A stretch of DNA of 61,561 bases from Firmicutes bacterium CAG:822 (lineage in GTDB: Bacteria > Bacillota_I > Bacilli_A > RF39 > UBA660). A program made the translations under genes and the position numbers. The stretch lies in assembly GCA_000432855.1 (NCBI GenBank), contig HF990865.1:1-61561 (forward strand). Direction: 5' to 3'. This document shows positions 9,876-18,797 of this stretch, one piece after another (within the stretch, counting starts at the first letter, position 1; each line of letters begins with the position of its first letter). The notes beneath the pieces were generated by a model. The model searched no databases. It was not told the origin of the DNA and saw only the letters and a list, made by a program, of their open reading frames with translations.

Positions 9876-10407
9876 GTTCTACCTTCCTCACTACATCAGA
9901 AACTTTTTCTTTTAAATCATCTAAAGTTCCATCGTTATGAATCACATAATCGTAACTATTATACTCATCTAAGGCCACCTCAGTCAAATGTTTTTGTTCT
10001 TTTTCTGATAAAACACTGTCATAACCATCTCTAATAATTCTAATATTAATCACATTATCAAAATTCTTCTTTGGCCATTCCATCTCATTTGGAAAACGCG
10101 CATCAGAAATAGTTATAACATCAAAATAATAGCTATAAACCTCAATATCCTCACAAATTCTTCTAACAAAAAAATCCTTATCTATTTTTTTTCGAATAAT
10201 ATCCGTTCCAAGCTCTTGTAATAACTCTCTAGGTTTAGTTTCCTCATTACCATTCCAATCGCTTATTCTTTTCGCATAATCTTTAATATAACTACCATAA
10301 GCCAAATTAATAACCTTTAAACCTTTTTCCTCATATATCTCTTTTATATCCATAGCCACCGTATCTTTACCATGTCTTGCTTTTCCAGAAATAACATATA
10401 TCTTCAT
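9865..10407 (-). CDS. P-loop kinase, dNMP-kinase-like
   Basis: Start moved to the ATG after AAGGAGAGG. MKIYVISGKARHGKDT is a Walker A motif. The 3' end overlaps the alaS start by 11 nt. Confidence 0.5.
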   Translation of the reverse strand: MKIYVISGKARHGKDTVAMDIKEIYEEKGLKVINLAYGSYIKDYAKRISDWNGNEETKPRELLQELGTDIIRKKIDKDFFVRRICEDIEVYSYYFDVITISDARFPNEMEWPKKNFDNVINIRIIRDGYDSVLSEKEQKHLTEVALDEYNSYDYVIHNDGTLDDLKEKVSDVVRKVEHEY

Positions 10408-10432
10408 AAAACCTCTCCTTATAGAAAAACCA

Positions 10433-11599
10433 CTAAACCGTGGTTTTCTCTTCTTCATCTTTTTCTATAATACCATATTTATTATCATAAAATTTAAATA
10501 CCGTTTTAAGTGCAGCAATCACTGGTGTGGAAATAAGCATACCGACAATTCCAAAGAAATATCCAAACACTAATAATCCAAGAATAATTGTTACAGGATG
10601 TAACTTAGTTGTCTTTGACATAATAAGTGGTTGTAAAAAATTACCTTCCAAAAATTGAATAACCGCTATTGCCACTAAAATCAAAATACCAATTGTTGGA
10701 CTTTGAGTAAATCCAACAATTACTGCTGGTGCGCCACCAATATATGGTCCTGCATAAGGAATAATATTAGTTAATCCACAAAATAATCCAAACAACATTG
10801 GTGCTCGTAAACCGATAATCCAAAAAGCAAGAGAAGAAATTATAAATATAAGTGTACAATCTAATATTGCTCCTTTAACATAGCTTCTAAGTGATACATT
10901 TACATCATCTAATAGAGCTACCGTTGTATCTCTAAACTTTTTAGGAATAAAATTAAATAATTTAGAACTACTATCAAAATTCACAATTAAGAAAAATCCA
11001 ATGATTAATCCTAAAACAAATACTCCAAGTCCAGAAAATAAACCAGAAATAAATCCAAGAATATTTTGTGGTAAAGTTGTTGTAACGTTTGTCGCAAATT
11101 CTTCAAGTGAAGTAAGTGCTTCATGTTTCATCTTTTCAAAATCAATCAAATTAGAGTTATCTAAATTATTAAATAAATCCAAACTCCAAGTTTTCACCGT
11201 ATCAAATACATCAGGAATAATGCGCGCAAACTCACGAACCTGATCGATTAAAAGTGGTATTAATGTCACTAAAACTAGAAAAATTACTAAAAATATTAAT
11301 AAATATGTAATAACAGCTCCAAAAGTTCGTTTAATTCTTTTAGTTTCAAGCCATTTAATAAACGGATCAAATAACCAAGCTATTAGTATACCTATAAAAA
11401 GCGGCAAACAAATTTCTAATATTTTAAGTATAAAATCTAATATTTTTGTTTCTTTAAATAACCTAATTACTACATAAGCAATTGCTGCTATAAGTAAAAG
11501 ATATAGAACCCTTAAAACTTTAGACGCTAAATCAGTAACTTCATTTACCTTTTTAACATCTAAATCTTTACTAACCTTACGTCCAAACATATTCATCAC
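10433..11599 (-). CDS. AI-2E family transporter (PerM/UPF0118)
   Basis: Eight-TM-like profile with NIIPYAGPYIGGAPAVIVG and FLQPLIMSKTTKLHPV motifs. Confidence 0.8.
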   Translation of the reverse strand: MMNMFGRKVSKDLDVKKVNEVTDLASKVLRVLYLLLIAAIAYVVIRLFKETKILDFILKILEICLPLFIGILIAWLFDPFIKWLETKRIKRTFGAVITYLLIFLVIFLVLVTLIPLLIDQVREFARIIPDVFDTVKTWSLDLFNNLDNSNLIDFEKMKHEALTSLEEFATNVTTTLPQNILGFISGLFSGLGVFVLGLIIGFFLIVNFDSSSKLFNFIPKKFRDTTVALLDDVNVSLRSYVKGAILDCTLIFIISSLAFWIIGLRAPMLFGLFCGLTNIIPYAGPYIGGAPAVIVGFTQSPTIGILILVAIAVIQFLEGNFLQPLIMSKTTKLHPVTIILGLLVFGYFFGIVGMLISTPVIAALKTVFKFYDNKYGIIEKDEEEKTTV

Positions 11600-12145
11600 C
11601 TAGACAGTTAACAGTTCTTGTTCTTTTTCTTTTTCTTTTTCATCAATTACTTTATTATACTTATTAATTAATTCTTGAATATCATCCATTAAATTATCTT
11701 TTTCATCATCAGTTAAATCTTCATTTTTCTTTATCTCATTATTACTATCTTGTCTAATATTTCTTAAATTAATTTTTCCCTCTTCCGCAATCTGCTTAAC
11801 TTGTTTAACATATTCTTTTCTAGTTTCTTCAGTTAAAGCCGGAATATTTAAAATAATGCACTCTCCATTATTATTAGGTGTAAGTCCAATATTAGCTTCA
11901 TAAATTCCCTTTTCAATATCACTTAAACTAGATCTATCAAACGGTTTAATCATTAACTGTCTAGCTTCTGGAATTGAAATAGTAGCTAATGACTTAAGTG
12001 GTGTTGGTGTTCCATAATAGCTAACTGTAACACCATCTAAAATAGCTGGATTAGCTCTTCCTGCTCTAACATTTGTAAAACGTTTTTCCATCGTTTCAAT
12101 TGCTTTTTTCATCTTACTTTCTGTTTCATTCAAAACATTGTCCAT
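11600..12145 (-). CDS. frr: ribosome recycling factor
   Basis: Start moved to the ATG after GGAGAGTGA. RFTNVRAGRANPAILDGVTVSYYGTPTPL is canonical Frr. Confidence 0.95.
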   Translation of the reverse strand: MDNVLNETESKMKKAIETMEKRFTNVRAGRANPAILDGVTVSYYGTPTPLKSLATISIPEARQLMIKPFDRSSLSDIEKGIYEANIGLTPNNNGECIILNIPALTEETRKEYVKQVKQIAEEGKINLRNIRQDSNNEIKKNEDLTDDEKDNLMDDIQELINKYNKVIDEKEKEKEQELLTV

Positions 12146-12237
12146 CTTATCACTCTCCAAAATAATTATAATATATTTACCCTTTATTAGCAAGCAAACT
12201 AATAAAAATTTCCTATTATAATTATATGAATTGTCAT

Positions 12238-12382
12238 AAATAATTTTATTAAGTTTTAAAACATAAATTTAATATAAAATAATTTTACTGTACAAAAATA
12301 ATTCTTGAGTTTTAAAAGTTATTTTTATACACAAAAATAATTTTCAAATTTTAAAAGCTATTTCGTTTTACCGAAATAATGT
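12238..12382. repeat. about 3.5 tandem copies of a ~39-bp AT-rich unit (AAAATAATTnnnnnnTTTTAAAAG..)
   Basis: Copies by eye at 12238-12275, 12276-12293 (partial), 12294-12332 and 12333-12372. The array lies between the AAA ATPase gene and frr. Confidence 0.6.
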
Positions 12383-12387
12383 AAAAA

Positions 12388-12411
12388 GAAGCTAATCACA
12401 AAATTAACCTC
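12388..12411 (-). terminator. terminator after the AAA ATPase gene (copy of the ALDH terminator)
   Basis: Minus strand reads TAA-GAGGTTAAT-TTTGTG-ATTAGCTTC-TTTTT. Confidence 0.6.
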
Positions 12412-13614
12412 TTAATCTATTTTATCTGTAAGTAACCAATCAATCATATTGACATGTTTAATGCCATCTCTTGAAAAGTCTTCTTCATCAAGTGACACTA
12501 CATATTTTGGAAAATTATCATTTATATTTTTATATGCACCAAATTCTCTTTCTATAACTTTTTCTCCATCGAGTTTATATGTCACTTGAACATATATCTG
12601 TTCCTCATATCTTTTAGCAATAAAATCAATCTCACCATTTTTAGTTTTTCCAATATAAACATCATAGCCCCTTGCAATCAAATCATTATAAATTACATTT
12701 TCCAAAGCAAAACTTTTATTGATTTCAAAATTATTATTTTTAATCTGTGAAATTCCTAAATCTGTCATGTAATATTTATTAAGTGTTTTTAAAATAGCTT
12801 TCCCGCGAATATCATAACGGTAAACCTTTTTAATAATAAGCGCCTTACAAAGAGCATCTATATAATTATAAAGCGTTTCACTAGATATCTCTCTTCGTTC
12901 AGTTTTTAAAAATCCCATAATATTTTTAAATGAAAATTCCCTTCCTGTTGTATCCACAATATATTGTAAAATCAAATTAAATAACGAAACATCTTTAAGA
13001 CCTAATCTATCAACCACATCTCTTAAAATAATAGAGTCAAAAACACTATATAAATAATTTTTTATATTTTCTTCATCCTCGAAATCCGTTACATTAGGAA
13101 GACCTCCCCATTTAACATAATCCCAAAAAGTATTCTCATCTTTACCATCTTTTAAAGTAAGATCAACATACTCTCTATAAGTAAGCGGATTTATTAAGAA
13201 AGAAACATATCTTCCTGAAAGAACTGTAGAAAGTTCATCAGAAAGTAGCTTACTATTAGAACCCGTAATAAATATACTTATATTTTCAAGCGAAGCTCTA
13301 AGTGAATTTATAACCTTTTCAAAATTTTCTACATTTTGAATTTCATCAAAAAACACATAATACATTTTTTTATCTATAATTTTATCTTTAATATATTTAT
13401 TTAATGCTCTATAGTTTTGCAAATCTTCATACTCAATATATTCAAAATTAACATATATAATATGATCATTACAAATACCTTTGTCACGAAGTTCATCAAT
13501 TATCTGCCTCAAAATAACAGACTTGCCGCATCTTCTAATACCAACTAAAATTTTAACTAAATTACTATCATAAAATCCTCTAATTTTAGATAAATAAAGC
13601 TCTCTTTTTAGCAT
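12412..13614 (-). CDS. AAA-family ATPase (AAA_14 + DUF4143-like)
   Basis: Walker A GIRRCGKSV and Walker B YVFFDEIQ. Overall layout matches stand-alone DUF4143 ATPases; family names are from memory. Confidence 0.7.
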   Translation of the reverse strand: MLKRELYLSKIRGFYDSNLVKILVGIRRCGKSVILRQIIDELRDKGICNDHIIYVNFEYIEYEDLQNYRALNKYIKDKIIDKKMYYVFFDEIQNVENFEKVINSLRASLENISIFITGSNSKLLSDELSTVLSGRYVSFLINPLTYREYVDLTLKDGKDENTFWDYVKWGGLPNVTDFEDEENIKNYLYSVFDSIILRDVVDRLGLKDVSLFNLILQYIVDTTGREFSFKNIMGFLKTERREISSETLYNYIDALCKALIIKKVYRYDIRGKAILKTLNKYYMTDLGISQIKNNNFEINKSFALENVIYNDLIARGYDVYIGKTKNGEIDFIAKRYEEQIYVQVTYKLDGEKVIEREFGAYKNINDNFPKYVVSLDEEDFSRDGIKHVNMIDWLLTDKID

Positions 13615-13692
13615 TTTCCATCACCACTTTAATTATAAAATTATATAAAAGAAATGTCAAGTTTTTTCGGTTAACCGAAAAAAACGCAAAAA

Positions 13693-13714
13693 AGAAGTTA
13701 ATCGAAATTAACCT
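13693..13714 (-). terminator. terminator after the aldehyde dehydrogenase gene
   Basis: Minus strand reads TAA-GAGGTTAAT-TTCG-ATTAACTTC-TTTTTT. Confidence 0.65.
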
Positions 13715-13715
13715 C

Positions 13716-15152
13716 TTAAATAATATTTTTAAGTACAAAAGTCTTAGTTCTACTCATCTCTTCGAAAGTAGTCATAACACCTTCATTACCAATTCCTGAA
13801 TGTTTCCATCCACCAAATGGCATTTCAAATGGTCTAAAGAATGATGCTCCATTGATAACTGCTCCACCACACTCTAACTTATCAGCTACATATTGACATG
13901 TTTTCATATCTTTAGAAAATACACATCCACATAAACCATAACTAGATTGGTTAGCAATCTCAATAGCTTCATCTAAATCTTCAAATTCAATAATTGGAAC
14001 AACTGGTCCAAAAATCTCCATATCTTTAGCTACATCCATATCTTTAGTAACACCATCTAAAATAGTAGGTTCGTAGAAAGCACCTTTACGTCTTCCACCA
14101 AAGACTAATCTAGCTCCTGCAGCTACAGTATCATTAACTTGTTTTTCAACATTAATTGCTGCTTGTTCACTAATTAAGCATCCTAGTTTTGCTTCTGGAT
14201 CACTAGGCATCTTAACTGGAATACCTTTAAATGTTTCTACTAATTTATTTAAAAATTCTTCTTTAACATCTTTATGAATAATAAATCTTTTAGAAGCGCA
14301 GCAAACTTGTCCAGTATTGTAAAGTCTTCCCCAAACAATTTCTTTAACAGCTAAATCAACATCACCATCTTTACATAAGATAAATGCATCATTACCACCT
14401 AACTCTAAAGTTACATGAGTAATATTTTTAGCACATTTAGCCATTGTTTCAGCACCAGCAATCGTTGAACCAGTTAAAGTAACTAATGCTACACCTGGAT
14501 TTTCAGCTAAAGCTTGTACAGCTTCTCCTCCAGCACCATTTAATAAGTTAATAACTCCACCTGGTACTCCTGCTTCTATTAATAGCTCTACATACTTAGT
14601 TAAAGTAAGTGGGTTATGAGCAGAAGGTTTTAAGATAACACTGTTACCCATAAGAAGTGCTGGTGGTACTTTTTGACAGAATAAATCACTTGGGAAATTA
14701 AACGGAATAACTGCCACAACTACTCCTAGTGGATATTGTTCAGTATATTGAATATGATGTTCTTGTCCTGGTTCTACTCCAGCAGGAATAACCTTACCAT
14801 ATTCATGTTTTGCTTTTTCACAAAAAGCTGGAATTCCAATAGAAACATTCGCAATCTCACCGATAGCTTCACTGATAGGTTTACCAGTCTCATCACTTAA
14901 TAACTTAGCAAGTTCATCTTTATGTGCTTCTACAAGTGAAACAAATTTCATTAAAATAGAAGCTCTTTCATGAATAGGTTTTTTCTCCCATTCTTTTTGA
15001 CCTTTTTTAGCAGCCTCTACTGCTCTATCACAGTCCTCCTTAGTCGTATCAGGAACTGTATCAATTAATTCATTTGTAGCTGGATTGTATACTTCAATAA
15101 CTTTACCATCAGAAGCATCAACCCACTCACTACCTATTAAATTTTTAGCCAA
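13716..15152 (-). CDS. NAD(P)-dependent aldehyde dehydrogenase
   Basis: ALDH motifs are present: TLELGGNDA (catalytic Glu), GQVCCASKRF (catalytic Cys) and FGPV. Confidence 0.9.
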   Translation of the reverse strand: MAKNLIGSEWVDASDGKVIEVYNPATNELIDTVPDTTKEDCDRAVEAAKKGQKEWEKKPIHERASILMKFVSLVEAHKDELAKLLSDETGKPISEAIGEIANVSIGIPAFCEKAKHEYGKVIPAGVEPGQEHHIQYTEQYPLGVVVAVIPFNFPSDLFCQKVPPALLMGNSVILKPSAHNPLTLTKYVELLIEAGVPGGVINLLNGAGGEAVQALAENPGVALVTLTGSTIAGAETMAKCAKNITHVTLELGGNDAFILCKDGDVDLAVKEIVWGRLYNTGQVCCASKRFIIHKDVKEEFLNKLVETFKGIPVKMPSDPEAKLGCLISEQAAINVEKQVNDTVAAGARLVFGGRRKGAFYEPTILDGVTKDMDVAKDMEIFGPVVPIIEFEDLDEAIEIANQSSYGLCGCVFSKDMKTCQYVADKLECGGAVINGASFFRPFEMPFGGWKHSGIGNEGVMTTFEEMSRTKTFVLKNII

Positions 15153-16331
15153 TTATTCATTACCTCCAAACGCAGTATAAGAAAGTGATAAACCTCCAAC
15201 AGTATTAGATGAATGATCACCCATACCATATTCACCAAATGTAAATACCATTAAGAATTCTTTATTAGGAATAACCTTCTTAACCTCTGGATAAATTTTA
15301 TCCTCAATTTGTGATAAAGCAAGTCCAAGTCTTCTTCCACCGCAGTGAACTAAGAAATAAGAATTTGCTTCACTTACCATTAATTTATTTAAATTATTAA
15401 TAGTCTCTTCATTAGCTTTTAAAATACCTTCTGGTGTATTAGAAAGCTCTATAACAGCTGTATTTTCAGCTAAATTAGCACCAATATTCATAGATAAATC
15501 ATCATTACCAAACATTGGGTGACGAACAGCTGTAACTTTACCAATAGGGTCTTTTACTCCAAGTGGAGCACAAATAGTTTCAGTAAGTAAATTATTACCC
15601 ATTAAAGACTCTATAGATTTACCAGTCCATTCAGCATATTTCTTTAAAGCTGGCTCATGATCAATTTCCACAAGTGTTCTTTCATCTCTAACTTTAGTAA
15701 TAACACCAACATTATTAGTTTCATGATAAGCACCTGTATAAAGATTCTTCATTTCACCTTTAGTATAGAAAATAGCAATTGTTACACCATCAGCAAATGC
15801 TTCTCCATCATTTAAAATGCTCCATTTTCCCTCAACTGTATTATCAGCAGCTGATCCACCAAATACTGGAACATTACCAATAATATCTTGAATACCTTCT
15901 AAGTATTCTTCTTCATTAGCAGGTGAAGCTGACATAAAGAAGAAATCAGGCTCAACATCTTCTCCTTTAACTTTACTAATAGCCTCTTTAGCTACTCTTC
16001 TGCCTACTTCTCTTGGAGTCTCATCAGTTTGCTTACTACCAGCAGTAACAACCTCTAAATCTCCACCGAAAAGCATCATACCAGAATAACCAGTTTCTTT
16101 ATTTAGATATCCATCTTGTGTACATATAGCAGCTGAAGAAGTACATCCAACAACTGGTACATCACCTAAAACACTTTTGGCTCCCTCCATAATTTTATTT
16201 TGATCTTGCACGCAACTTGTGAATAATAACCCAACTTGTGGATTTTCAATCACATTTGCCATTTTAGCAGTTTCAGCTCCAGATGCAAATGCATCTACAT
16301 TTTCACTGTAACCTACTTTTGTTTTTAACAT
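15153..16331 (-). CDS. stand-alone FIST_N + FIST_C domain protein
   Basis: GLLFTSC..VPVVGCTSSAAI (FIST_N-like) and FLVHCGGRRL..FTFGEYG (FIST_C-like). Its stop abuts the ALDH start. Confidence 0.65.
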   Translation of the reverse strand: MLKTKVGYSENVDAFASGAETAKMANVIENPQVGLLFTSCVQDQNKIMEGAKSVLGDVPVVGCTSSAAICTQDGYLNKETGYSGMMLFGGDLEVVTAGSKQTDETPREVGRRVAKEAISKVKGEDVEPDFFFMSASPANEEEYLEGIQDIIGNVPVFGGSAADNTVEGKWSILNDGEAFADGVTIAIFYTKGEMKNLYTGAYHETNNVGVITKVRDERTLVEIDHEPALKKYAEWTGKSIESLMGNNLLTETICAPLGVKDPIGKVTAVRHPMFGNDDLSMNIGANLAENTAVIELSNTPEGILKANEETINNLNKLMVSEANSYFLVHCGGRRLGLALSQIEDKIYPEVKKVIPNKEFLMVFTFGEYGMGDHSSNTVGGLSLSYTAFGGNE

Positions 16332-16351
16332 TAAATAACCTCCCTTTATTC

Positions 16352-17497
16352 TTAATAAGCTTCATTAAATAAGCCTATTATATCCTCTTTAGTAACCTCT
16401 CTTGGATTACCACCTGTACATGGATCTTTAAATGCTTTCTCAGCCATAACTTCAAAATCCTCTTTTTTAACACCAAGTTCACTTAAGTGTTGTGGAACTC
16501 CAAGTTTAGTCTCTAACTCTCTAACAGCATTTACTACTAAGTCAACACATTCTTCATCACTTTTACCATTAGTATCTAAATCAAATGCTTTAGCCATAGC
16601 TCTATATCTATCTTTAGAGGCTTCACCATTCCATTTTAAAACATAAGGTAAAAATAATGAACATGCAATACCATGTGCGACATCGTAAGTAGCTCCTAAT
16701 TGATGCGCCATTGAATGAACTATTCCAAGTCCAACATTAGAAAAGCCCATACCGGCAATATATTGACTTATACCCATATTAATCATCGCATCTTTGTCTT
16801 TACTAACAGCTTTCTCTAGGTTATGATAAGTCATTTCCATACTCTTTAAATGGAACATATCTGTCATCTCCCAGTGAGCTTTAGTGATATAACCTTCCAT
16901 TGCATGAGTTAAAGCATCAAGTCCAGTTGCCGCAGCTGTCATCTTAGGCATTCCTGCCATAAGTTCCATATCAATAATTGATAAAACTGGAATATCATGC
17001 GGATCAACACAAACCCTCTTAACTACATTTTCCTCATCAGTAATAACATAGTTAATTGTTACCTCTGCTGCTGTCCCAGCTGTTGTAGGTAAAGCAATAA
17101 TAGGTAAACAAGGATTTTTAGTATCAGCCGTACCCTCTAATGAATTGATGTCATAGAATTCAGGATTTTTAATTACAATACCAATACATTTAGCCGTATC
17201 GATAACTGAACCTCCACCGACTGCTACAATAACATCGGCATTCTCCTTTTGACAAAAGTCAATTCCATTTTGGCAATTAGTAATAGTTGGATTAGGTTTA
17301 ACGTCATCAAATATTGCATATGGGACATTACCCTCTAATTCTTTAATTACCATATTAGCTACTCCACAATCCATTAAAGTCTTGTCAGTAACCAATAAAA
17401 CCTTTTTGAAATGTCTCTTCTTAATTTCTGGAACTAATTCTTCTCTAGCTCCCCATCCAAAATAAGAAGTTTCATTCAAAATAATTCTGTTTGCCAT
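16352..17497 (-). CDS. fucO: iron-containing alcohol dehydrogenase, lactaldehyde reductase-like
   Basis: Start moved to the ATG after GGAAGGTGA. MANRIILNETSYFGWGA..VLLVTDKTLMDCGV closely recalls E. coli FucO. GGGSVIDTAK and His-rich metal-site motifs are present. Confidence 0.75.
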   Translation of the reverse strand: MANRIILNETSYFGWGAREELVPEIKKRHFKKVLLVTDKTLMDCGVANMVIKELEGNVPYAIFDDVKPNPTITNCQNGIDFCQKENADVIVAVGGGSVIDTAKCIGIVIKNPEFYDINSLEGTADTKNPCLPIIALPTTAGTAAEVTINYVITDEENVVKRVCVDPHDIPVLSIIDMELMAGMPKMTAAATGLDALTHAMEGYITKAHWEMTDMFHLKSMEMTYHNLEKAVSKDKDAMINMGISQYIAGMGFSNVGLGIVHSMAHQLGATYDVAHGIACSLFLPYVLKWNGEASKDRYRAMAKAFDLDTNGKSDEECVDLVVNAVRELETKLGVPQHLSELGVKKEDFEVMAEKAFKDPCTGGNPREVTKEDIIGLFNEAY

Positions 17498-17700
17498 CAC
17501 ATCACCTTCCATTCTATAATTACATTATACCATTATTAAAAACAGCATTTCTATTTTTTCCACAGTTTTAATCAGAAAGAGTGCCAAAAAGTGTAAAAAA
17601 ATTTTTAATAAAACCTCTCAAAGAAAAATTTCATATGACAAATAGAAAGTAATGATCCATGTTCATGTGGGACAAGTAAGAAGTATAAACATTGATATGG

Positions 17701-17729
17701 AAAAAAATAGGCTCTAAACAAGCCTATTT
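17701..17729 (-). terminator. terminator of the ArsC-family gene
   Basis: Stem AAATAGGCT / AGCCTATTT overlaps the stop codon. Seven T follow on the minus strand. Confidence 0.7.
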
Positions 17730-18062
17730 TAAACTATCATAATTTTTAAACCCCGGAATAATTTTATCACCAACAATAAGGGGTCTTTTTATAAGCATAC
17801 CATCACTAGAAAGTAATTTAATCTTATCCTCAAAACTCATATTATCAAGTTTATCTTTTAAACCAAGTTCTCTATACTTCATACCAGAAGTATTAAAGAA
17901 CTTTTTAATATCAAGTCCACTCTCTTTTATCCAAATACTTAGTTCTTCTTCAGTTGGTGTCTCTAAAACAATATCTCTTAAAGTATATTCAATATTATTA
18001 TCATCAAGCCATTTTTTAGCTTTCTGACATGTTGAACACTTTGGATACCATATAAATAACAT
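17724..18062 (-). CDS. ArsC/Spx/MgsR-family thioredoxin-fold protein
   Basis: N-terminal CSTC (CxxC) motif and ..GMLIKRPLIV C-terminal motif. Confidence 0.7.
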   Translation of the reverse strand: MLFIWYPKCSTCQKAKKWLDDNNIEYTLRDIVLETPTEEELSIWIKESGLDIKKFFNTSGMKYRELGLKDKLDNMSFEDKIKLLSSDGMLIKRPLIVGDKIIPGFKNYDSLK

Positions 18063-18797
18063 TTAATTACTCTCCTTTAATTCATTATACTTATTTATAA
18101 ATTTTTCATATAATTCATCACATTTATCCTTATCCATCTCTTTAGTATCCTCTAAAGGATTAAGATAATTAAGTTCATCATACTTAGAAAAACCTAAATG
18201 ATGAAATGGTAAGAATTCAATTTTCTTAACATTTTTAATCTTTAAAATATACTTAGCTAAACTATTAATATATTCATCACTATCCATCATTCCAGGCACA
18301 ACAACCTGACGAATCCATACATCTTTACCACTCTTATTTAAATCACGAATAAATCTTTCACTCTCAAGCATATTATATCCAGTAAGTTTCTCATAACCAT
18401 TACCATCAGTATACTTAACGTCAAAAATAACTAAATCAACTAAGTCAAGTATCTCCTTATAATCACCAAGTCCCGCACCAGAAGTATCTAAAGCAATATT
18501 AATACCCTCTTCTTTTAATAACTTGCAGCACTCAGTCAAAAAATCTACTTGTAGTAAAGGTTCACCACCGGAGAAAGTTACTCCACCTTTTTTACCAAAA
18601 TAAGGTTTATTACGAATAATTCGCTGAACTAACTCCTCTGGGGTGTAATTATCCTTACCTCTAGTCCACATTTCTGGATTATGACAATACAAACATCTGA
18701 GCTTACATCCAGTCAAAAACACAACCGTTCTAATACCTGGACCATCAACTAAGCCCATTGTCTCAATTGAATCAACTGAACCACTACATTTTTTCAT
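18063..18797 (-). CDS. pflA: pyruvate formate-lyase activating enzyme (radical SAM)
   Basis: CxxxCxxC as [12 protein letters not shown]. Lies downstream of pflB. Confidence 0.93.
   Translation of the reverse strand: MKKCSGSVDSIETMGLVDGPGIRTVVFLTGCKLRCLYCHNPEMWTRGKDNYTPEELVQRIIRNKPYFGKKGGVTFSGGEPLLQVDFLTECCKLLKEEGINIALDTSGAGLGDYKEILDLVDLVIFDVKYTDGNGYEKLTGYNMLESERFIRDLNKSGKDVWIRQVVVPGMMDSDEYINSLAKYILKIKNVKKIEFLPFHHLGFSKYDELNYLNPLEDTKEMDKDKCDELYEKFINKYNELKESN

Noticed and set aside
12238-12382. Tandem AT-rich repeats considered as a CRISPR-like array.
   Set aside because: The units are contiguous with no unique spacers, are imperfect, and have no cas genes nearby. No CRISPR array exists anywhere in the window.
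17513-17723. 211-bp region upstream of fucO examined for a riboswitch or leader.
   Set aside because: The extended -10 promoter lies only about 30 nt from the start codon, so most of the region is upstream of the likely transcription start. No conserved riboswitch core motifs were recognised.
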